Source: Ramazzottius varieornatus
Taxonomy: Eukaryota > Animalia > Tardigrada
Direction of reading: 5' to 3'
DNA: 64,000 bases
Assembly (NCBI GenBank): GCA_001949185.1
Contig: BDGG01000002.1
Span: forward strand, 3,221,826 to 3,285,825
Shown: piece by piece, positions 48,751 to 61,267 of the stretch
Position numbering within the stretch: position 1 is the first letter of the stretch
Layout: each line of letters begins with the position of its first letter
Translations under genes and position numbers: made by a program
Notes under the pieces: generated by a model
What the model was told of the DNA's origin: nothing
What the model saw: the letters and a program-made list of their open reading frames with translations, nothing else
The model's database searches: none

Positions 48751-49338
48751 GATTGCGAGAAGTCTTATTAAGTCTTCTTACTGTTTCGGCTTGACTATGC
48801 CTGAGCTACCTGTTTGCTAATTTGTGGGCGAAATCTAATTTAATCCGATTAGACATCAAAAGGTTTCTCATTGCTTGATGAAAAAACTGGATTACCGGCA
48901 GGTGTGTCGACATCTGCATTCCTCGATCCATTTTCCTTGACGGTTTTCGTGAACATGCAGTTAACTTCCATCGGGTAGCTTCATGCTATTTACATAAGAA
49001 CAAGTAGCTGCGTTTGTGCTACTAATAATATTCCTTTGTGAATCACGATTGCCTAGAAGTATCGCCACCATGTTTACACTGAAGTTCGAAGGTTCCTCTT
49101 TACAAGGACTTTACTTTGACACGGAGATCCGCAAACGAAGATGCGATTCCTTTGCGCTCCTACTCTCTAAAGCTATTGTCGACAGAGTTTGGTCGAGGTG
49201 CTTCGAACGACTGAATTCCCAGCTCTATATACAGTAGTTCCGCTGACGACACCAACAGCAATGTGGTAGCTTCTACAGGGAGATCTTTGAGACCAGCGTG
49301 AATATCATAGATCACGTGGGCCGCGCTAGCTGAAATTT

Positions 49339-49897
49339 GGGTATCTCCATATGAGAATGCATCCAAAGTATTTTGCCTCCGAATCGGCACTTTATGACAT
49401 CAGGTTGTTTAGAATACCGAATTGTACCGCAGGTTCATTTTGCCGTACTTTGCCGTGGTAATAAGGTCGGAACGACTGACTGAAAGATTTGAGACTACCC
49501 CTCGAAAATCACAGGGATGTCGAGCGCCTGTCCTGACACGAGCAACGCGCTCCAGTTTGAGACGCGCACTAGCGAGCACTTCCAGTGCACGTCGTTTATG
49601 CACTGTCGGTATATGATTAGTTGATTAGGATAACTGCGCACAGCCCATACAACCGATCCGCTTGCTGATTATGCAGTAAAATTCGGTGCAGGAAATTCGG
49701 TGCTTCCACCTTCCTCTTCCTAACTTTGTATTCTGTGATTGAACTTGATTTTGACTTCAGATTTGTTTTTCTCAGGGTCTGTTTAATGTAGATACAAGTC
49801 CCGTCTAAGTTTTCCCTTGGCGTCCGAAAACTTTAACATGCTCTCCTGAACAATTCGGTTATAACCCGTTCGGACGCATTCTCATATGGAGATACCC
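49339..49897. mobile_element. Non-autonomous DNA transposon with a 22-bp perfect TIR and 4-bp ATTT TSD (Sola-like)
   Basis: ATTT|GGGTATCTCCATATGAGAATGC ... GCATTCTCATATGGAGATACCC|ATTT. Confidence 0.75.
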
Positions 49898-49927
49898 ATT
49901 TGGCCGTGACTATACTGTGATTATATG

Positions 49928-50240
49928 GGCATCTGCAAATGATAATGCGTCCAAAGGGTGTCCGACCAGATTGTTCAGGGAAGCAGCTTTTAGTTTCTGG
50001 AACCCAATAAGAGGGATGGTGCCTGAATCAACAAGACTCTGGGAAACATTGATCTCAAGTTGAATTAATATTTCGACCACAGGCAGAGAGTTAAGATGAG
50101 GAAGCTAAAAGTGGCACAAATGTGTTTGGTGCCCATCGGCGCGCATAACGGTGAATACGATCTGCGTGTCTACTCCTAATCAAATACCAGAGCTATTCGG
50201 ATGATACGCAACGGAAGTGTTCGCTGGTGCGCATTCGATG
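49928..50240. mobile_element. Diverged inverted copy of the 49339 element
   Basis: Starts GGGCATCTGCAAATGATAATGCGTCCAAA. Its reverse complement aligns patchily to 49560-49897 (e.g. CGCACTAGCGAGCACTTCC vs GGAAGTGTTCGCTGGTGCG). Confidence 0.6.
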
Positions 50241-51293
50241 TTGTCATGTGCATTCATATCACGCATTGTCTACAAGACGGATGAATCGACACTAGCTGGT
50301 GGTCGGTACACAATGAAGATGTCGAGTGTGTCGGCAAACACATTCTATGCTCGGACAGAAAAGTTTTGGCCAAACCATCCAGATCTTCAAGAGCGCTTAA
50401 CGGTTGCAATCGACTGCCAAGAGCGACCGTGTATCTTTGGCATATTCTCTTGAAGCAAGGCCTTGGTTTGCGAAAATTTGGCAAACGAGTGTCTTCGCAA
50501 TACGATGTAGGTGAGGTTGTATCGCTTGTTCTCCGAAAGAACTTAGAACTCTTACAAGAACAAAGGGTCTAATCGAAGCTGGGTTTTCCTATGTGGCACT
50601 TTTGGCAAAACTCCAAGTTGTTCAGGAAACGACTTTTCTGGAGGGGTGTTGGACGCACGTTCTAAACGGCTGGATACAGTCATCTAGAGCATTCTCTCTA
50701 GTAGTCAGGAGCACAAACGAGGAAGCCATATGAAAACGAAACGTGCTTCAATTCACTCTGCGAATATCTTATTTCTGTTAATATAAGATGTGATTATCGG
50801 TTGGTCAAAATTTATATCGAGACTGGGAATTTCGGAGGGATTTTTTGCGCTAAAATTTTCCTAAAATCCCGCACTGAGTACTCCCGTCACGAGTGAATGC
50901 GCGGTTAGTAGCACACCATGAATCACGTTTGTGCGCGAGTATGATAGGGCAAGGCACTGCGTACCATGCTGACCTGCGTTGATCGGGTTTGTACGATGAC
51001 TAACGCAATTGATTAGTTGGCGGAATCGCCAAGTTGGTTAAGGTAAAGCTGGGGTCCTGCTTACATTTCGGCCACTGGTCCAACCTCCGGTTTGAGTGCC
51101 AAGCGTGCCAACTTTAAATGTACGCGTGTCTGAATGTTCCCTAGATCCTCATGTCAAGAAAGGGCGAAAAAGTTGCCATGACCAAAAGCGCCAGTTAGCA
51201 AAAACCAGCGTCAATCAAAGACTATCTTGAAGACTATCGGAAATGATGATTATGGCAACAAACAAGCTCGGGAACATGGCGGACAAATGTCTA

Positions 51294-51351
51294 AATATGC
51301 GTCCAGGTCAGGATACAGACCCTGTGGCGTATCCTGACCTGGCCGCATATT
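51294..51351. repeat. Short hairpin inverted repeat
   Basis: AATATGCGTCCAGGTCAGGATAC..GTATCCTGACCTGGCCGCATATT. Confidence 0.8.
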
Positions 51352-52228
51352 CGTGTCCGTTGGTCGTGTGAAAAAGTCGCAGGTTTCTTGTGGTGGCGAA
51401 GAGAACGGTTATGTGAATATTGGCGGAGGCAACTTGTACGCTCTAGACCGGGACTTCACCTTGATCGCATTGAGCATTGGTTTGACTGGCGGACTCGAGC
51501 GGAAATTGCTATGAATCCAGTTTCTCTCAGTTCGAAACGTTTATGCTACCGGGAATGCTTGATGATCTATAGAATGGTAGTGTGAAGTTAGAGTTGACCG
51601 AGTTGTTGCAAGTTTCGTCGAAGTGAGACAGGACCGAAGGGTATCCGGGCCAGGGCAAAAAGAATTCTAGACGAGAGAAGTTCATGCCTAGGCTAGACCC
51701 AGGAATGGTGGGGAAACGACCACCCTAAACGGCTTTGATATACGAAGCGGGAAATTCCCATCCTGGAAGAACAGGGTGGGAACGGCAGGACGGGAAAGCT
51801 GGGAACTAGGACCAAGACGGGAATGTCTGTTTTTGTGACATAATTACAGTACAACCGGAGGCAGAGTAAAGCAGTACCGAATGGGTAACCAGCTGAGGTA
51901 GTAAGAACCGAGCAGAATGTTTGGGGGTACTCATCACGTACCTCTAAACATTCGGCTGTACGGATAGTTTATAGATGAGTATGCAAGTGGCTGACAGGAC
52001 TGCCGGCGGTTCTCGTTGACGTCCGGGTCTAATGTATATTTTCAAATCCTGTCTTTGGGTTGTTGTTGCTACGACTGGACATCGCGAATTGAATCGTTAC
52101 TACAAGCAGAAGCTGTGTTTTGTGAAAGACGTAGCGCTGGTCAGTCGAGGGTCCCGCTGTGGCAAAGCTCCCCACAAACAAGCAAAAGAACCGTCACCAT
52201 ACTCCCGCAGTCTTCTGCACACGGTGTA

Positions 52229-52470
52229 CAGTACACTCGCTCGAGATGTGTACACCGCTGTTCGATTTCAGAGTTCGATTTCAGATTAGAACCCCCGTGA
52301 ACACAGCGGAAGCACATGATGAAAAACAAACAGATGATTTGCATTCGAAACGATTGTTGTGAGCTGTTGAAGTCACTTTTTCTTCGGTATTTGTTGAGCT
52401 GTACGGTAAATGTTTGCCAGGGGCCAATGGAGACCGAAGAGCGGTGTAAACATCGCGAGCGGGTGGACTG
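52229..52470. mobile_element. TA-flanked MITE with the same terminal family as 43083-43341
   Basis: TA|CAGTACACTCGCTCGAGATGTGTACACCGCT ... AGCGGTGTAAACATCGCGAGCGGGTGGACTG|TA. Confidence 0.8.
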
Positions 52471-54446
52471 TAATTACATTTTAAGTATCTTCCTTCAGCC
52501 TCCAAAACTTGTGCTACTTTATACACCACTGAACAAAATACTTCGAAGCTTCTGTCAGCTACTCCAAGCTTATGACGATGCGAGAAATCATTCAGTGCAC
52601 TCGCGGCCGAAATCAATAGCAGTGAAGTGTGGCACAAAGTCAATCAGACAAATGGTGGTTTTATTGATATACGCTATATCGTTTCCCATTGAGTTAGATT
52701 GGTTTGCTAGCCGAGGCCTGGAGAAATTCAGACGACAGCTAACTAAGGTCAAACGCGGAAGTCTGATAGCTCGGCTGGCACTGCGTCGTGACTGCGAAAC
52801 ATACCCGGATTGCATTATAAAGTACGCCCAGACGCCAAACATTCCGCTCTGTTAAAACCCAAAGCTGATCTTGAACGGAATTGTTGTCGACCTTCCACGC
52901 ATATACCATACCTTGCGTGTAACACAGACACGGCCATATCCTCCCCCTACTGTATACTAACATAACCCGAAAAAAGCTTGTGGCCAGTGCGTGGACCGTT
53001 ACTGAAACAACTTTGAGTGCAAAGCTGCAGTAACATATGTACAGCAGTCTGGGAGGGTGCCAGTTTATTCGCAGAAAAAGGCTCAACCTCCTACTATATT
53101 TGTTTGCGTTTTGCTGTTCTTGGTGAGGCTAATTAAGATTCACCAATAACTTTGGAAATATAGTGCATAAGAAAGTATCCAATGGCAACCAAGGTGATAC
53201 CGCTGTGGAGAGCCCAACGCTTAAACCAATGACCTGACCGAGGAGTAGAAGTCTTTTGCTCACGGCAGCTGGCTTCGTTCTCGCTCTATCTAGATTTCTG
53301 AGAAACACGGGACCTGCGTTCCTGTGTTGCATTGTCACCCCGCCGTGAATCCCATGTTAAGGTTGTTCGGTACTGTATATCAAGCGGTTTTTACCAATAT
53401 CCCGGGCGCCAGACAGTCATGTTATATACTCTATTCCCCCGATATCTCCGCAAGGCCTGTTGCATATGGCGCCACCAACGGAACGCACACAAGCTACGGC
53501 GAACAGGGGCCTATCCGCCCTAGCTGGATCACGGTTCTTGCTGTGTCCCGAAACGGTTCTTCAAGATTCCACAGTTCTCCGATTTTTTCCAGCTTGAAGC
53601 GGGCAGGTTGCTCTGTTTCTGCTCAGATTAAGCCATGACGACAGCAGAAACAGAGCTTAAAACTCAGGGCAGAAACCTTGGCTGCGAAGCCAGCAGGAAC
53701 CCCTCGGCGACTCGCTGTTTCGCTGACCCATCGCGCCACCAGCAGGGACAGCAGGGCGCGATGGGTTACAGGGTTCGCAAAGATAGCGAGGGCATATAGT
53801 AACTGGACAGGACACTGAAGTCCGATTTTTACAGTGTCTATGTCCAGTGGCACAAATGGGATGTCAGCAAAATGAAACGCTAGGAACACGCGCCTTACAA
53901 CAGCGAGGCCCAGAATAAGGCCGACGCAGGACCAGTGCGCCCCAAAATTACGCAAGATGAATTCTTGGCATCGCCTTCGGCCAAGTGTGCTAGAATTCGC
54001 TGTCGACCCCCGCCTGTTCTTATTGTTCCGACGTCCCACATTTCGCTGACGCGTTTACACACAGCTGAACTGAACAAACTGATTTGAGACCGCATAACAA
54101 CTCGGCGCGAGTTCAGAAGGTGTTCTTGCACACTGTAAGGGGTAGGTGATTTGACAACACATCGAGATTCTCGACACGTGTCCAATGTGGCTTTCCTTTG
54201 AGAGTGCCGATCATACTGTCCATACAAGTACCGCGTATTCACCACGGAAACGTTACAAATTCGGGTCCGCATGGACGAAATGATCGGCAATTTGAAATAA
54301 TCTGCAAACCACCACATGCTTCCAAGATACTTGCAACCGTTCGAACCTACACCGAGCCGTAGGCGAGTCTTTTTTTGATAATGCCGCCATCAAACCCATC
54401 AAACCCAAAAACAAACATGAGCTTCGTCCAGCCCGATCGGGTTCTT

Positions 54447-54662
54447 GGTCCCTGCTCAAAAGCTCTCCACGCATGGGTCCTATCCACGAAATCTGATTTG
54501 ACTAAGCTTGGAATCAGCGCGAAATCAGCTTGTTATCTTATTTGGGCGGATTTTTGACCAAAATAGGCCATGAAGTTGGAACTAACCGAGCTTTTATCTA
54601 AGGCGAACCTGGTATCGTGAAATCAGCTTTTTTTTCTGGCGAACCAGTGACCCGGCCAGGTT
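54447..54662 (+). repeat. Dispersed repeat, copy of 25622-25745 with an extra internal segment
   Basis: Shares GTCCCT..TCAAAAG.TCTC.AC.CATGGG and GGCCATGAAG..TATCGTGAAATC blocks with the 25622 copy. Confidence 0.7.
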
Positions 54663-55350
54663 GGGAATCAGTTCACCTGAAGCAACTCCGAGACACTCGC
54701 CGTCCACCGCACCCCTCAGGGTAACGCCGTCCAAAAACTGCCTGACCATTCTTCACTCCAGTCACGAAAATGAAGCAGCAGGACGACACATCACCCCGGC
54801 GAACACTTCAAAGTCGAAGAAGACTACGACTCACGGACCAAAACCCGCACGTAAAACCAGCAGACCAGAAAACAAAACGTACCATTTCAAACTGAGAACC
54901 AGGAAGTAAATCCGCCACCGGCCAAAACAGCCTACGCATACCACCTCTAACATACGACTACCCTTTGTTGTCCTTTACCTGAACCTCTTAATACCAATCA
55001 TTTCTTGACAATGTGATGCATTAAACGCACCGTCCTTTCCCGGTACTCGTTCCTGCACACGAATGCTCGAACTTTGATAGCGAGCCGAAGGCGAACAATT
55101 CTCTTCTACGGTTTATGCTAATCCGTTTCAAAAATTCACACAGCTGCGCAGCACCGAATTTCTTAGAGGAATAACCCCAAAAACAAACTGAAATCTGTCA
55201 CAGAGGACCATACTGCTTAGTCTTGCATAAGGTGGACAGCGAACGAACAGAACGCTGCATAAGAATTTGCAAGCGCACTGTGAGGCGACATTAGTGAAGC
55301 TCCACTGAAAGCGGAAAAGGCATGCGACGGTTCGTCAGCGCTTTGTTCTG

Positions 55351-56298
55351 CTAAGCGTCACAAGAAACATTGGCTCTTGCACAAATAAAGTAGACAACGT
55401 CTTTAAGTGGGCGTGTGTTTGATGCGGCTAAGTGTTGTTCGTCCAGGAAGTTATCTGTCTCGGTGAAGTGGTGGAAAGCCATTTTTTCGGACCAGGAATC
55501 TCCGTTCAGCCGGCGCTTCGATCTCCAAGACGGATTATTGCAGACACCATCAACATAGACCGCCATCCCTGGATGCTTTTCCAATATTTCAGTCGGTTTC
55601 ACTCCACTGTTATACGTCCATTCCGCTGCCTGATAGTCTTCTTCGTAAGACTCCTGCAAAATCCTACGCGGAAACTCCGCGTTCGGCCTTAGACAACCGA
55701 AGAACCCGGCGTTCACCTTGCTTTGGCTGTGCATTACCGGGTTGTTCTCATCACAGATGATGCATGGATGTGCAGCCAGTTGCCGGCGAATTTCCTTCCC
55801 GTCAAGCACCAACACATCGAAATCTATAAATAATCCCCCGTAACGTCTAACTGCTTCCAGTTTCCTGAGATCGGCTTCGTGATGGATAATGGAAATATTC
55901 TGGCTTCCAATCGTTTTACGCAGCGGTGAATAAACAATGTGAAAAGGCGGCCATTTTGTTACCCACTTTCGACAAGAGTTCGCCGGCCAAATGAAATTCA
56001 TATTGGTGTGGATGTAGATTCGGACAGGTTGTAAGGACATCATTACGGAGAGGATACTGATGCATTCCAAAAAGGACAGGTAAGGTGGACTGGGAGGAAC
56101 CCCGAATGGAAGACGGAGGTTTTCAGTGTACAGTTTCACATAATGGACGATGAGTTCGTCCTGCGTTCCGTCGTCAAAACTGCTTGGGTTGTTCAACACG
56201 ACCTCCAAATACCGCGCCACGTACAAGCAGACAAAGAATACCGTGATACTAGCTGAAAAAAATATCGCTCTTGTACCGTATAAAACGGAATGTTTCAT
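55351..56298 (-). CDS. Intronless GT32-like glycosyltransferase (alpha-1,4-GlcNAc/Gal transferase family), type II membrane protein
   Basis: 315-aa ORF with an N-terminal TM, LSFLECISILSV..QPVRIYIHTN, HEADLRKLEAVRRYGGLFIDFDV (DxD), NAGFF and WTYNSG..P. Confidence 0.85.
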   Translation of the reverse strand: MKHSVLYGTRAIFFSASITVFFVCLYVARYLEVVLNNPSSFDDGTQDELIVHYVKLYTENLRLPFGVPPSPPYLSFLECISILSVMMSLQPVRIYIHTNMNFIWPANSCRKWVTKWPPFHIVYSPLRKTIGSQNISIIHHEADLRKLEAVRRYGGLFIDFDVLVLDGKEIRRQLAAHPCIICDENNPVMHSQSKVNAGFFGCLRPNAEFPRRILQESYEEDYQAAEWTYNSGVKPTEILEKHPGMAVYVDGVCNNPSWRSKRRLNGDSWSEKMAFHHFTETDNFLDEQHLAASNTRPLKDVVYFICARANVSCDA

Positions 56299-56621
56299 AT
56301 CACTATCATCCCATTCAAATGAGAAGTTTTACTGGCGCACAACGCGAGTCCGCCACGTGTACTGCGCAGCTTGTGATGAACCGTGCACTGCACTGTACCT
56401 TCCAAACTGTAATTAATACTCAAAAAGTGGAATGAAGCTTGGAATGTCTTGCTGGACAAGTAGTACTTAAGCTTGCTGCCCTGTTTGCAGCGTTTTCGGT
56501 GACGTGCGTGTCGATCATGTTAAAACGACCTGATATGGCCATAAGCAATTACTTGATTTAATAATTATGTACGAATTGCGTACGTAGATTACAGTGTACA
56601 CTGTAAAGCGCAGGAGACTCA

Positions 56622-57689
56622 CGAGGGGATTTAGCCAATGCTCCAGTCTTATTTCACAAACTGAAACGACAGAGCGGTAGAGGAGAGTTTTCCCTATCGA
56701 CTGGGATAGACCAGGCCGGCAGAAAAAAACCCTGGAAGACACAGCAGGAAGCGGAAGTGACGTCAGAATCTGGGCGGAACATGGTAATGATTGAGACCAT
56801 CTCTCGTAAAAATGATAAAAGCACAATGGAGCCTTACAACAGCCACACTTCAACAGCAACGAGCGGTTACAGTCAACACGGTCACAAGGACCAACTAGTC
56901 CATCAAAACAAAATTCCGCAGGATTTACGTACTTGTAAGACCTGTCAATATATCCAGACAAATGCCAGGCTTGTGCGATGAGATTTTCAAACCTAGGAGA
57001 AGTGAACTGCTGATAGATCAGCGAATGCAGCTTGAAAATAACGTCCTGATGGTGAACCTGTACAGGTTGATCGTTCAGAAATATTCAATTTGACACCTTT
57101 CGAAAGTATCCTTTGTACATTCGGAAACACAGCACATCTAGAGGCTGGATCTGGCCAAGATCGGACTTCCAGCTTGGTTGATGTGAATATCCAGGAAGTC
57201 TGCAAGCAAATGATGGATTCGGATAGGCTTCAAGTGTATACCTTATCAACAAGCCTACCGTACCTTTGATGAGTGCCTTGAGCAACTTGTCATGGTCACT
57301 TGGAGAGTCGTTGGGTTGAAAATCCTGTTGATAGTCCATCTCCAAAAGCTTTAGGAAGTTCAGAATCCATGTCTGCGATAACTGGGGGAGAGAAAACGAG
57401 AAAAGAGAACGAAGTTTGACACAACAATCAAAACTGTAGCGATCAGCTGCTCTTATACCCATTTAGTGTTACAGACCAATCAAATAGCGAATCAACCAGC
57501 ACACAATCAAATTACTTGACTGATGCCGATGTTCCGCCCAGATTTGGACGTCACTTCCGCTTCCTGTTGTGTCTTCTAGGATTTGTTTCTGCCGACCTGG
57601 TCTATCCCAGTTGATAGAGAAAACTCTCCTCTACCTCTCTGTCGTTTCAGTTTGTGAAATAAGACTGGACCATTGGCTAAATCCCCTCG
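56622..57689 (-). mobile_element. Internally deleted Tc4/Tc5-like transposon with about 160-bp TIRs, TCA duplication and CTCAG target
   Basis: C-TCA|CGAGGGGATTTAGCCAATG ... CATTGGCTAAATCCCCTCG|TCA-G. The internal relic encodes GQIQPLDVLCFRMYK and the Cys-rich CDRVDC..KCGCCKAPLCFYHF. Confidence 0.88.
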
Positions 57690-57907
57690 TCAGGGTCTGA
57701 GACGGTGGGGCGAAGCTCAAAGTCTTATACAGTCGGTCTGCAAAATGTACTTGGACGAGTTCGCGCTGGCACAGAACCATGAGACGACATCCGGGAGCAG
57801 CCGACGTCCTACAGAGAGTGAAAGGATCGAACGAGTATCGCTACTCGGACTTTGGGAACCAGAACGGCATGGCTGTACGATTGCATGCGGATTGCTCGCG
57901 ATAAGTA

Positions 57908-58113
57908 CTGTATTCCCTCGATAGTTCTGCGAATTACGTTATCATGAAAGTAAATTACACCCGCACTGTTATCCCTGATTGTTTGATTGTCGCCCATCAT
58001 TACTCTTGACTGGGGAGCAGTCTTTGATTGAAGGTATAGATACTTTCTGTTCCCCGCCGGATAATATTTACCACGACAGTCACGTGATTCGCAGAACTTT
58101 CGAGGGAATACAG
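57908..58113. mobile_element. TA-flanked MITE
   Basis: TA|CTGTATTCCCTCGATAGTTCTGCGAATTACGT ... ACGTGATTCGCAGAACTTTCGAGGGAATACAG|TA. Confidence 0.8.
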
Positions 58114-60335
58114 TATTCGAAAAGTTTGGGACGTTTTAGGTTGTTGCCCGGGAAATCGGTTGAGCGCACTCTGTGACGTTTCATCGTTCTCAGTCGAACA
58201 GTAAGCTCGTCGGTATCCGCTGCCCACAACCCGGATGTTTTGCGGATCTGAAGGCTGACATGTCCGTTCCAATATATTTACGAATCTTCCACAAGTATCC
58301 CGCAGAAACCGGTTCGGAACTATGCCGCAGTTTGCACAGGGCGTAGCTCCTCACGAATTCGAATGGTGCCTTACCTGGCTTTTACATGCTTCACCGGCAG
58401 TAACCACGTACAGTACTTTTCCGACCATGTGCAAGTTGAACCCGCGGCAGTAACAGTTTAAAGGGATGCGTACATAACGCAATACTTTTCTAAAACAGAT
58501 GCGTGAAGTAGTTCGATTACTGTTTTCCCATGGAGCGAATTTTTCCTTTTTTCGGTCGTTATAATGAAATTTATCTCTTGATTCATCTGCCTGTTTCCCC
58601 TACGACCATTCACCTACCGTTGAATCGACATTAAAGAGGTTTCTGGACATCTGTAATAACGTAGAATTTGAAGACTGTAAGGCTGTGTTTCGTAAGTCAT
58701 CCCTAGAACGAACATTAAGCTCTGTTTCATCTACCGATGGGTGGTACTTTTATCCTCTTGGTCAACCTATCCAACATTTTTTATGGATTCTTTTNNNNNN
58801 NNNNNNNNNNNNNNNNNNNNNNNNNNNNNNNNNNNNNNNNNNNNACCCATCGGTAGATGAAATATAGCTCAGATAGATGCCTGAAAAGATGAGCTTGGAC
58901 AATCCAATTGCACTGCGATTTACGCATGCTTGATTGAATCGGGGCAACCGTTAACCAGCCTTTTCATGCCTGTCAACCGTTAATCAGCTCCTACCCCGTT
59001 GGTGACGTCACCAGTGTGCAAAAGCTGGTTGTTAACTAGGGGTTCTAACTTACGAAACGCAGCCCAAGTTATACCCAACAACCCAAAGGTAAGAAGTTCT
59101 CATACGACGTTGCTCGTAAAGCGTCGAAGCAAAGTTCAAAATGAAACATATTGTTGTGCAGCATTGCGAATGATTCAAAAGACATGCTATCACAGATAAA
59201 AAATGTCAAAATACGCGCCATTGCTACCAAGGTACGAATATAGAAGATCGCATCGCTTGTCTTCGTCGAAGAAGCTATTCAGCGTCGGAAGTCGACAGAC
59301 CATGTAATGTTTCGAAGTGGTACTGGCCCTCAGCAGGATCCAGCGCTGGAGGATGAGGAGAAGAGTCGGCCGAAAGTTTCTTCGTCCTGTTCGTCAGACT
59401 GTTCAGCTTCCACTGAAGGTCCTCCACGTTCGACAGGGACTGCTCCATACATTCCTCACTGCAAGTACCATGAATAAAGTGCCACCAAAACCTTACTTGC
59501 AAATGGAACCAACATAGATGGAACTTACTGCAGCGCTATTTGCTGGGAGAGTATTTCCAATCTGGCGATATTCTGTACAGAGACAGAACCCACGACTATG
59601 CAGAACGTACACTTGCACCAAAAACATCGACTTCACTCACCAACGAGCAGTTGTCAATGTATCCTTCGTGCTGCACCATACTCCTGGCTGCAGTAGACAG
59701 CACCTACAAAAAATACATGGAATGTTAAAGGATCACGTTGGCAGAAAAGTTTCTTCCGTACTGTGTACCTCTTCAGAACGGGAGCCTTTGAGAAGTTCAC
59801 GCGCGATGATTCCGAGATCTCTCAAGCTCGACTGTACTCTTTGTGCTGTCTTTTCAATGGACTCTTCCGTCATCTCAAGACACAACAAACAGACCACAGG
59901 AGTTTCTAAAACACTGATTCAGATGGAATCGTCGTATGTAACGCAAGGGGTTTACCGGGGAAGGGAATGTTGGCTTTGCCGTGCCAGTCTGCGCCAGATT
60001 CGCTCGTGGAGGGTGCATCGCTGATGTCCACATGGCTGAGTCCCGAAACATGGATAAAGAGACGATGAGAGAGCTCGATCAGATCTGGTCAGAGAGAAGC
60101 TAATCGATAAACGAGAAGCAAGATTACTGGAGGGAAGACTTTCAAGTCGAAGCTGGAGCAAGTGCGATTTCAATTTCCGTTTTGTAGACTAGCAGAGTGA
60201 GATCAGACCCCACTCTGCTGTATGCCACTAAGCCTGTAACTTAATAATCAACAATATGCGTAATTCGGTTGATTTGTTTGCATGTCAGAGCTGGATCGAT
60301 GACTCATCGATCATTTTCATACAATAATTATTGTA

Positions 60336-60932
60336 CACGCGGCTGGCCCAATTATTGGCCTGGACAAAATTTCTGGCCACTGATTTCCGAATCAGCGGCT
60401 CCGCCAGCTTTATTCGCTTGCGGCTGAAACAGAACTGGTCTCACCACACATTACCGCTTTACCTACACGAACAACCAAACGTTTGCAGGGATTTTCTCAA
60501 TCATCGTAGATCTGATTTCCTTCTGATGTATGTGCTCGGTTATTTTTCTAGGCAAATGCAGCTCTGGTGGTAAATCAACGTTAACAATTGACTCTTCTCG
60601 CCGGAAAGGCCTCTACTTAGGCAATCCGCCACCTTATGAAGGCAACCGCACGAACTGCCTTTTTCAGGCTATCCTCCGTATACTTTCGCATTTTCTTGCT
60701 CTTAAAACCTTCCCGCATATTCCCGGCTGACCTTACTCAAGATGGGAAAAGAAGTGCGAAACAAAAAACGAAATCTGGAATAACGCTGTATTCCGCATAT
60801 TGCACTGCGAAATTTCACTTGCTGGCGTCAAAGAGCTAGTTCCTGCGACGCCACAACAAGCTCTGCGTTAAACTGGCGCCAGCCCGTCGGTCCAGAAATT
60901 TTGTCCAGGCCAATAATTAAGCCAGCCGCGTG
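60336..60932. mobile_element. TA-flanked Tc1-like MITE
   Basis: TA|CACGCGGCTGGCCCAATTATTGGCCTGGACAAAATTTCTGG ... CCAGAAATTTTGTCCAGGCCAATAATTAAGCCAGCCGCGTG|TA. Confidence 0.88.
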
Positions 60933-61267
60933 TACATATTTTTCTTTATTTGATTTTGAATCTACATTCTACACTTTATAACTTATTTATAAAGACACTC
61001 CCTTCTGTCCTGCAGTAGTGACCCGTGATATCAGCGAGCCAGTGGTGGAGTCAAACGTTTAGTTAGGCTGTTCGCAGGGACATAGTACGCAAGTGTATGG
61101 TGAGCCGCGGGACTCAGAAGTCCACAGTACTTTCACCGCGGGTACATGCGCGAAGAAACACCATACGCAGTGAAACTGACTTTATCCGCGCATACACCCG
61201 ATGGACAAACTGACTTTATCCGCGGGTGCACGCGCGGAGAAACTAGACTTTATTCACGGGTGGATGT

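Noticed and set aside
59275-60173. Several overlapping ORFs with Cys pairs
   Set aside because: They are interrupted by stops and have no recognisable domain; probably decayed repeat sequence.
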